Shown here: positions 25,801 through 33,835 of the stretch, piece after piece
Layout: the number at the start of each line of letters is the position of its first letter
Position numbering within the stretch: the first letter of the stretch is position 1
Assembly (NCBI GenBank): GCA_964016885.1
Contig: OZ024743.1
Span: 41,478,001 to 41,542,000, forward strand
DNA from: Eledone cirrhosa
Lineage: Eukaryota
Length of the DNA: 64,000 nucleotides
Reading direction: 5' to 3'
Translations under genes and position numbers: made by a program
Notes under the pieces: generated by a model
What the model saw: the letters and a program-made list of their open reading frames with translations, nothing else
Database searches by the model: none
What the model was told of the DNA's origin: nothing

Positions 25801-27741
25801 GCATAATAGAGATGATTTAAGTCAGTAATGTTTATTTTGTTTGTGATGATAATGTTTTTGAGAATTATGTTAGTCTTGTGTATTATCTTTTGGTTCTGTT
25901 TGGAGTTCTGGATATTAGGGAGGGTGTCTCGTTCCCCCATGTCAGATTCTTTCATTTTCATCCATTCGATCATAATTTCATCCTTCAAGTTGGCAAGTTC
26001 ATTCTCATTCATTTCTTTATCATTTACGATCTCATTATTTTCATTTGGAGTTTCATCCTGAGCATGCACTCCCTCCACTTTTTCGCTCCTTTCTTTAATT
26101 TGTTCTGTTGCCAGTGATTCCGCCCCAACTCTGGGATTCGAAGTGTTACAGTTTACCTCGTTCCCACCGACACATGCCTCATCCTCCCTTCGCTGACTTT
26201 GTGCTACTAGCTTGATCTGATCAATTTCTATATCAGTTAGTAACTTTTTTCTTACAATATTTCTTCGTATATTGGCTAGTTTGTTACTGTCAATATAGCC
26301 TCTGTTTTCGGGATGTTTCTTTTTCCAGTTGATATATGTTTGCTCTGTATTCGATGTATTTGATGGGTAGTACATGGCAGTGTAGAAAGCCTCAAGGACT
26401 TCTTTATTATCTTCCCTTGACCATTTTTCTCTCTTTTTCTTTGGATTTCTTGGTGGTGAGCATGGAGGGCCAACAGTAGGAGTATTCCGGTTATGGGAGG
26501 TCTCCAGCTCCGAAGTGATGGGAAGGTTTGAACCATTAGCTGATTTTTCGACCCCAGTCTGGTTCCTCTCTGAGGGACGCGGCCCTTTTTTACCCGGGTG
26601 ACGGCCGATCCGGTATGAGATTTCATCATTAGACATCTACTTTATTTTGTCGCGTTTTATCCTTATCCGCCAAGGGGTAATCTTTTCGTGTTACCACTTC
26701 TAGAACGAGTGTCAACCAAGACTAGAGGGGTCGTTCTCCCCTAGAGACATGGCTATTCCCCGCCGGCCGCCATCCCGGTATTTCTTGGTCACGGGGTTTT
26801 CTTTTTGTTGTTTTTTTTAAATTGTTATTATCATGAGTGGTTCCTTAATGTGAGCATTGCGTGGCTTAAGAATGAAATTATTAATAATTGTCTCCACTCC
26901 AGGGACAAGGCCAGCAATCACCCAGTGCATTACAATAATATAATATACTTTTTGTTGTAGTTGGCTGTTATTGCTGCTGGCTATGTCGGTGGTGGTGCCG
27001 GGGCTTTTTATATTGTTGGTGAGGAAGGGGTGAGCCAGCAGTCCCATAATTGTTGATGTAGACGTTTGTCCGTGGCAAGGTCACCAAGTCAATCTATTTA
27101 TATCTTTTGCTAGCCTTTCTCTTGTCTAGTGCTACCACCACCTTCCCTTTTCTCTCTCAAGTTAACAGGGGAATAGTGTCAGTAGCATTGAATGAGTGGT
27201 GGCGGCGATGATGGATGTGGTGGGGTGGTGGCAGCGGTGGTGTTGTGGTTACTGATATAATATCTATGAGTTTGTGTTCGTATGTTTAATATATATTTTC
27301 ATTATATTTTGTGTTGACATATTCCCGTAAAATTTGAATTAAACATTTTTTTAAATTTGAGACAATAATAATAGTAATTATTATTATGATGCCGGTGAAG
27401 TTGCCGTTATATTTAGTGTGATGGGATAGGTAGTGTATCAAGTTTCTGGTGTTGGTGAAATTGAAATTGCCGCTGTTCTATATAGTGTGTAGACAGAGGG
27501 TGTTTTGTTCCATTTATAACCATTTTCTTTTTTTGAATACAAAATATATAATACATAATTGAATATTTGAGCGATACAACAATATAATATGGATCCGAAA
27601 CTTTATGGGACCTCATTCGGTGCCTTTATGCAACATTTGTGCTAAGAATTGTTCTTTCACAATTGATTTAAATATGTTAAAAATCAAAAAACTTACGGGA
27701 GCAATTTCGTGACGTTCTACCACCTCGTGCGTCTTCTTCCC
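22846..27741 (-). mobile_element. R4/Dong-clade site-specific non-LTR retrotransposon between (TAA)n tracts
   Basis: Intact single ORF; 3' end abuts (TAA)n at 22822..22845. The 5' boundary at 27741 (next TAA tract) is inferred; the minimum extent is about 26800. Confidence 0.8.
22986..26636 (-). CDS. R4/Dong-type polyprotein: RT, CCHC motif, restriction-like (PD..D..K) endonuclease; 1216 aa
   Basis: GIVQGDSLSP, FYMDDL, CHVC..ETIDHIISMC, RHD, RPDIILKD...LIDMSVP...KY; no stops. Confidence 0.95.
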   Translation of the reverse strand: MSNDEISYRIGRHPGKKGPRPSERNQTGVEKSANGSNLPITSELETSHNRNTPTVGPPCSPPRNPKKKREKWSREDNKEVLEAFYTAMYYPSNTSNTEQTYINWKKKHPENRGYIDSNKLANIRRNIVRKKLLTDIEIDQIKLVAQSQRREDEACVGGNEVNCNTSNPRVGAESLATEQIKERSEKVEGVHAQDETPNENNEIVNDKEMNENELANLKDEIMIEWMKMKESDMGERDTLPNIQNSKQNQKIIHKTNIILKNIIITNKINITDLNHLYYASAKVTTHLCGVKMKKQRNSHKKSTWQDNINRQINLLRSDIEILTNYKVGEHVKQTKLRKLKKKYSIRSTCDIDMLIETIKQKVSAKAARIRRFEKRSRFYKDNNMFKNNQRNFYRKIGKSTITAKSIPPKEEVQEFWEKIWVEEKVHNIHAPWIDRQMKETAHLEEQTWENITVEQLRLALRKTSKWKSPGKDKIQNFWINAFTESHELLAQLYNEIVKEPEKIPSWLVNGITFLLPKNDETNNPKNYRPITCLTTMYKILTSVLTEYTYDHLITNDLFPIEQKGCKRGSYGCKDQLLVNKMILEDCHNRHKNLSIAWIDYKKAFDSLPHSWIEKCLEIFKISPVVRRFLSFSMRTWRTTLLLNSETKSLEAGEVNINCGIVQGDSLSPLLFCIALIPLSKMLNETKHGYRVYDKTINHLFYMDDLKLFAKNDEQLQGLLSTVKQFSDDIKMEFGLDKCAKATFTRGKLLKSSDINLDRRNVIRELDQEQTYKYLGVCEGDGIKHSTMRERIRKESYRRVRAILRTELNARNRIDAINTLAIPVVTYSYNVINWSSTEIRRLDTKIRKFLTMHRMHHPKADIDRIYLPRKEGGRGLIQLDIALKTATIGLSTYLRESHDWMIKLVLKHESTKRSYSITKDAQRYSNGLQISEVPFTAEMENTEKAKQVKVTAKKELLQKLAKKWQEKPLYVKYPERANNPDVDKTLTHQWLASSGLKSETEGLIISAQDQCLPTKNYQANIIKNGCSPLCHVCKKQPETIDHIISMCSPIAPTEYLNRHDIAAQYIHWIMCKHFDVPHQKNWWEHQPPPILEKDHISILWNFSIQTDRKIDANRPDIILKDFQRRVCLLIDMSVPIDKNVSIKTFEKLSKYKDLEIEIGKMWKLRTKTIPVVVGALGMIPKGSNDYLSQIPGNPRIGEIQKIVLMGTAHILRKILSI

Positions 27742-27976
27742 TTATTATTATTATTATTATTGAATGCCATGGTTGACGGAGGCTCGGCTCTGTAAGGTAT
27801 AGTAATTTTTAACCGTTAAAACAATTGTAAATTGTTTAAAACTTGAACCAAATTGTTGATAAAGACACCCTCCTCCTCGTGAGAGGGGTCTTTCTGTCCG
27901 TTATTTGGCCCTTCGGGGTTAAATAACCAGTTATTGGGGTTTTGTACCCAAAATTTCATTTTAAACAAAAAACAAC

Positions 27977-30073
27977 ATGGCTACGAAAAAGAAATTTCAT
28001 ACGTCATTCCCACTCATTCCGTCTTCTTCTTCCTCAATCATCACTACAGCAGAGAGAAGATTGTCTCTCTCCCTCCCTTCTTTAAATGTGTCTCTCTCCC
28101 TCCATTCTCTTTCGCAAGTGACGAAAGAAAAGAAAAGTCTCGTGCAAAGCGTGCAAGGTTTCTCCACGACGACGACGACAGCGACGAAACAGGTGTGCGG
28201 GAAATACGAAAACCCAGTTCATTCGTCTGACGTCAGGAATAATAGCAGTAGCAGCCGTAATAACAACAGCAACAGTGACAATGAAAACAACAGTAGCAGC
28301 CGCAACAGCATCACCAGCAGCATAAACAACAACAGCATTAGCAACAGCAACACCAACAACAACCACAGCAACAGCGGCGGAGGCAGTAGTCGTAGTACCT
28401 GCAGCAACAACAAAAGTACCAGCAGCTCTGACGACAACAACAACAGCAGAGAAAAACCAATCTCATTTGCAGGTATTGCGAAAAACTTGGAAACAATCCT
28501 CATAACAAATGAGGAATTAGAGGAAGCGAAGAAGATGGTGACAAAGAACGGACACCGAGCAATCTGCAAGGCAGCGAAAAAATTTTTCGAAACCCAAGAG
28601 CACTGTACGGTCACGTACCGTACAGTAAGTACAAAATCCCGTAGGGTGGAAAGAGCCACAGAGGCCCAAATACAAAAAGCCTTGGGGTCTGTGTGGCAGA
28701 GGAAAACGCACATCACCCGAGGCAAAAAATACGCCACCGTAGACGTACTTTTTGCCACACCCCAGGAGGCAAAGGCCCAATCAGTAGTGACCCTAAGGAG
28801 CGAGGAAATGGTGTTGGTGCCCTCCTACTGCGGGCAAAAAATTGTGAGGGTCAAACTGACCCACGTCCCACCCGGAATGACCCCTTCTTGGCTGGCCGCG
28901 TCTGTCCTCGTCGGAATCGAGGACAAAACAACTGTACTGCAAGTACAGAAAAAAGTAAGAGAAGATTGGGTCGGCTCCTCCATTGAGATGCTAATCCAAA
29001 CCAACCAGGAGTGCATCGAAGCTATCCCGGATGTGATAGACTTCGATAACGGCACTCAACTGCCCATAAGTGTTGAGGGCAAACGCCCGAAATGCTTTCG
29101 CTGTGGATCGAAGACTCACCTCAGGGCCTTCTGCAACGAGAAGACCCTGAGAAAGGAGAAAACCCCCCTCCTTCCGAATCCGGTTCCACGGCTACCAGCA
29201 ACAGGACAAGCGGCAACCAGGAACGATAGGTCCGTGGCACCCATACCCACTCCACGGAAATCAAAGACAGCAGCAGCAGTGGAAATATTAACAACAACAA
29301 CAGCAATACCAAATGCAGCTGCAACAGAGACTCCAGTGCAAACATCACCAACAACAACAAGTGAAAGAGTGGAGCTAGTACCCCTCCCCGACCTTACAGA
29401 ATCAGACATGGAGTGTGAGGTGGGAGAGGGATGGCAAAAGGTCGCAAGAAGGCACAAACGCAGAAGCAGCGCATCGTCGCCTTTGAAAAGGGAGGAAAGA
29501 AATGAGAAAAGGATAAAGTCTACTGCAAAGAGACCCACAGCAGCAACACCACCAACACCATCACCACCCACACCAGCACCACCATCACCACCGGCGACAA
29601 CCCCACCGCCAACAACACCTTCAACACCACCACCACAAGCACCAACATCGCAAACACAACAACAAAACACACACACCCAGCAACAACGACAAGAAAATAG
29701 CAGAACCACACCCCACCCCCAGAAAAACAAATGCACGGCAATAAACACACACAACAAGAAACTAATGACTTACATAATTGAACACACAGACATTTCACAA
29801 CAGGACTACATAATACCAGCACCAATCAAAACGCCAACTAACATAAGACTGCTAAAAATAGCACAGAAACAATACACAAACATTAAAACGAAATTCCCCA
29901 ACGCAGTTGGTGATTTCAGGGACCTAGGAGGAACCATTAATCGAAGAGTATATTCAGACATTCTCTTAGAAGAGCCGACGACCAGCCGAAGGGACGATTC
30001 AACGGTCCCTTCACCAGACGATCAAGTGAAAAGGGATGTAAAAACCATCCCTCCTCTACCAAAAGTACGGTAA
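27977..30073 (+). CDS. Tx1 ORF1 protein (gag-like, CCHC zinc knuckle), 698 aa
   Basis: CFRCGSKTHLRAFC (CX2CX4HX4C) at 29093..29134; N/S-rich and P/T-rich linkers; homologues in four other copies. Confidence 0.92.
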   Translation: MATKKKFHTSFPLIPSSSSSIITTAERRLSLSLPSLNVSLSLHSLSQVTKEKKSLVQSVQGFSTTTTTATKQVCGKYENPVHSSDVRNNSSSSRNNNSNSDNENNSSSRNSITSSINNNSISNSNTNNNHSNSGGGSSRSTCSNNKSTSSSDDNNNSREKPISFAGIAKNLETILITNEELEEAKKMVTKNGHRAICKAAKKFFETQEHCTVTYRTVSTKSRRVERATEAQIQKALGSVWQRKTHITRGKKYATVDVLFATPQEAKAQSVVTLRSEEMVLVPSYCGQKIVRVKLTHVPPGMTPSWLAASVLVGIEDKTTVLQVQKKVREDWVGSSIEMLIQTNQECIEAIPDVIDFDNGTQLPISVEGKRPKCFRCGSKTHLRAFCNEKTLRKEKTPLLPNPVPRLPATGQAATRNDRSVAPIPTPRKSKTAAAVEILTTTTAIPNAAATETPVQTSPTTTSERVELVPLPDLTESDMECEVGEGWQKVARRHKRRSSASSPLKREERNEKRIKSTAKRPTAATPPTPSPPTPAPPSPPATTPPPTTPSTPPPQAPTSQTQQQNTHTQQQRQENSRTTPHPQKNKCTAINTHNKKLMTYIIEHTDISQQDYIIPAPIKTPTNIRLLKIAQKQYTNIKTKFPNAVGDFRDLGGTINRRVYSDILLEEPTTSRRDDSTVPSPDDQVKRDVKTIPPLPKVR

Positions 30074-30122
30074 GTGGTCTTTCCCATCTTTTCCACTCTA
30101 TTTTAAACATGACCTCACTCAG
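30070..30122 (+). other. candidate 53-nt GT-AG intron spanning the ORF1 stop and ORF2 start
   Basis: cg|GTAAGT...pyrimidine tract...ctcactcAG|a; in-frame join; same arrangement at 19433..19485 and 48921..48972. Confidence 0.5.
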
Positions 30123-33100
30123 AATAGGCAGCATAAATGCGCGTGGCTTGGGGTCGTCATGGAAGCAGGGTCACCTGCTCAACGACCTCAGGTCACTAAA
30201 CATAGATGTAGTGGCCATCAGCGAGACCAGAATCTCCGAAGCACGGGCCTTCGCACCGATCTTCGGCGGCTACGATGTGTACGCATCTCCCAGCCGTCCT
30301 GGATCGGGTGGAGGAGTTGCTGTGCTTTTTCGGAGAGGTTTGGATCTCGCCATACGGGCCATCTTCCTGGACCCAGAGGGTAAGCTGGTGGTGCTGGACG
30401 TGACCAGCGGAGACGGGCAAGCTTTCAGGCTAGTGGCCGTCTATGCCCCGACAGGAGCAGGGCGGCCTGATTTCTTCCGGCGTCTGGAGACCTTTCTTGG
30501 AACGTCGCGCTCTTTAGTGTTAGTGGGCGACTGGAACGGGATCTTAGATGCACGCTGGGACTGTGTGGGATTAGCGGATAGGGGTGGAGGGTGCAAGAGC
30601 CTCACCAACCTGCTCAGGCGTTTTGAACTGTCTGACAGGTACCGATTGGATTTCCCGAATGTGCCAATGTGGACTTGGACAAACCGCATAGGGTCATCCA
30701 GATCATATCTAGATAGAGTATTTTGTAGGGAAATAGATAGGTCTAGCATAGGCTGTCCACAATTCAAGATAGTCAGCTACACGGACCACAAATTCGTGAT
30801 CTGTGTGCTTGACTTAGATAGGCTTCATAGACGAGGACCCGGCTACTGGAAGCTAAACGCGTCCTTACCAGCGCGCAAGGCCTACAGAGACCGAATTAGC
30901 GAACTAGTTAAGCGGGCGTTGACGGGGGCCATCGTCAACAACAAGTGGTGGTTTGCTCTGAAAAGAGCGATTAGAATAGAATCGATTAGATTTAGTAAGG
31001 CTTTAGCAATAGAGAAAAATAGAGCAGAGGGAGAACTAGTTACAAAATTAGACGAGGCGCTTAGCAAAGGCATTGCGACCGACGTGCTTGCGGCGAAATT
31101 GGCCCTTGACCAATTCTTCAATGCAAAGCACGAAGGCTGCGTTGTCAGAGCAAGGGTGCGTGCTCTCAGACACGAGGGGACGAAAGCCGTTCAATGGGCC
31201 CGAGTGGCGGAGGCGCGTCGTGGCAACAAAGCCACGATCCGGTCTTTGGTGGACCACGACGGGCGCATGCTACTCGATCCCGGGCAAATGTGTGAAGCTT
31301 TTCAGCGACACTTCGCTCAGCTGTTCGGGGGCAGCGGTGGGCCGGGTAGAGGGATGGACTTTAGTGTCTACCTCGACGGACTGCCGCGGCTCTCGGCCAC
31401 TGAGGCGAAGTGTGGCCGAAAAGCAGATAACAGCCGCTGAAGTAAGGGAGGCAATGACTGGCTGCACAAGGGGTAAATCGCCTGGTTTGGATGGTCTGCC
31501 CTATGAACTTTACGTACAAATGCCAAACTTGTTCGGAGGCCTCTTGGCGGACGTCTACTGCAACTGGCAACAGAACGGGAGAATTCCCAGTTCTGTGAGC
31601 CGAGGAGCGGTGGCACTGCTGAGAAAGGATCCGAACAAGGGGGATAACATAGACAATTTCCGGCCCATAACTCTGCTAAACACAGAGTTTAAGATTTTGG
31701 CCAAGGTGCTAGCAAAGAGGTTGGCGCTTGTCGTTGGTGGTCTGGTGGGAGAGGCGCAGACATGCGCCATTCCCGACAGATCCATCCACGACAACCTCCA
31801 CCTCATGCGATACATCGTAGAGAGGGTAGCTAGGGAACCTGGCACGGGTGGGTCCTTGATCAATTTAGATCAGTCGAAAGCTTTCGATAGGGTCGACCAT
31901 CGTTACCTAGCGGCAGTCCTGAGGGCGGCTGGCTTTGGGTCCGTCTTCAGAGGCTGGATCGCTGCCATGCACAGCGACATCTGCTCTGTGGTGAGAGTGA
32001 ACGGTCACCTGTCGGAACCGTTCAACATCATGCGCTCGGTCCGCCAAGGATGTCCCCTCTCGTCCCTCTTGTACGTATTGACTCTCGAGCCATTACTGCA
32101 CAAACTGGAGACGTTGAGGGGAGTCCCGCGCGAACTAGGATGCGGAAGATCAGTGTCAGCATATGCGGACGATGTCACCGTAGTGGTGTCGAGCGCCAAA
32201 CACATCGAGGCGATCGGCACTACACTAAGAGAATACGAAGCGGTGACAGGAGCAATGATCAACCACGAAAAGTCAGTGGGCCTGCAGCTCGGCACCTGGA
32301 GAGGCAGGTCCATGCCGTCCAACAGCGTCGTCGGACGCTGGACGGACGGACCGGTTAAATTGCTAGGGGTCTGGTTCGGTCCGGACCTCCAGACGGACAA
32401 AAACTGGGACGAGGTGACGAGCAGGGTGGCTTCTCTCACCCAGAAATGGGCGGAGAGGAAGCTATCCCTGAAAGGTCGAGCGGAGGTGGCTAACGCGTAC
32501 ATCGCGTCCGTCATCTGCTACCGCCTGACCGTCGTACCTTGTCCTAAGCCTCGCCTGACTGTGCTGGAGCGTTTGCTCTTTCGCTTTTTGTGGAAGGGAC
32601 GCGCTCCGATGGTCAGGCGGTCCATCTGTTGTCAACACCCGCTACGTGGAGGGCTGGGCATGCCGTGGCTGATGATGCGCAGGCACGCGCTCAGGCTACG
32701 ACATCTCCACCTCTTCCTCGACGGTGATCAGGTGTGGTCGCCGTTTGCTAGACGCGTGTTTCCCCAGCTCGTTTCCTTGACGGAGCTGCAGTCCTGGGTC
32801 AAGCGAAGACCGAGAGGGAGCGCCTGGAGACTGGAATGTCTTCAGGCGCTCACAGCCCTCGACCAATCGGGCAATGTGATCGGTGGAAACTCCACCTCGG
32901 CGTTCTATAGAGGATTAGTGGAGGGGAAGAGCGACGACGTACTTGGGGAAACTCTAGGCGTCGACGAAAATCAACTAGCCAATCTCTTCGGAAGAACTTT
33001 CGGGCCAGGGCCTATGGACACCTTCCAGAAATCTCTGGCCTGGCAGTGCTACCGAGGAGCCTTGCCAGTTCGGGATAAACTCTACAGGCATGGAGGTGCC

Positions 33101-33529
33101 GTCAGCCGGGCATGTCCGAGATGCGCGCAGGGCGACGAAACCGTCCTGCACGCACTCGTCCAGTGTCCGAAAATTGCTGACTTGTGGGTTTATGTCGAAC
33201 ACCTGCTGTCGCGTTTAGGACGGATCCGGCTATCATCTGAGTCCATCGTGAGGATTGCCCCGCCCTCCTCCTTTAGCCGGGAAGGGCAGGCAGTTTTTAT
33301 CTGCCTGGTGGCCATGGCGAAAGAGATAGTATGGTGGACACGTTTGAAAGGGCTTAAGACGAGCACTTACCTCTTCGGTGATGCTCTGATTGACTTTTTC
33401 AAATTTCATTTGAAAAGGAAAATCAGAGTAGAGAGGGAAGTGCTCTCTTCCCAGCATTTTGTTGAAAGATGGGTGAGAGAAGCAAGAATGGCCCGAGTGA
33501 ATGGGCCTACTCTGAGCATATATCTGTAA
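30109..33529 (+). CDS. Tx1 ORF2 (APE, RT, C-terminal CCHC), split by a single +1 indel at ~31416
   Basis: SINARG, ISET, VYAP, GDWN, YLDR, TDH (APE); QSKAFDRV, RQGCPLS, AYADD (RT); CPRC..ETVLHALVQC. Compare tgtggccgaa here with tgttgcgaa at ~50286. Confidence 0.9.
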
Positions 33530-33835
33530 ATTAAAGGTGGAAAACTGGGAGAGGGCACTTGCCTTGGTGGTCAGGGTCATTGTGGCTTTTTACTGGGCTT
33601 TCTCCACAAATGTCCCTCCGAAGTCTCCCCCCTATTGGGGAATTTTTCATTGTTATTTTCATTGCTATTTTTGTTACATCCTCTGTTTTTGTTTTTTTTT
33701 ACACGCAGAAATGCCCATTTGTACCGTCCTGCATTGTCCTGCACTGTCCTTAATGTCTACTTTATGTAAACCCTTGTGGTTAATAAAGAAATCATTATTA
33801 TTATTATTATTATTAATATTATTATTATTATTATT

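Larger units (their letters stand above)
27762..33793 (+). mobile_element. near-intact full-length Tx1-clade LINE (type A)
   Basis: Flanked by (ATT)n on both sides; 215-nt 5' UTR, ORF1, ORF2 with one frameshift, 3' UTR with AATAAA. Confidence 0.95.

Noticed and set aside
26817-27110. Possible host exon (MGLLAHPFL... or IDLVTLPRTN...)
   Set aside because: No recognisable homology and no convincing splice acceptor.
27762-27820. Canonical HDV ribozyme at the type A 5' end
   Set aside because: Crossing helices exist, but there is no P1.1/P4 or catalytic C; kept only as a structured-UTR observation.
31073-31440. Programmed frameshift between overlapping APE and RT ORFs
   Set aside because: Paralogous copies are in frame here and there is no slippery site; a single indel explains it.
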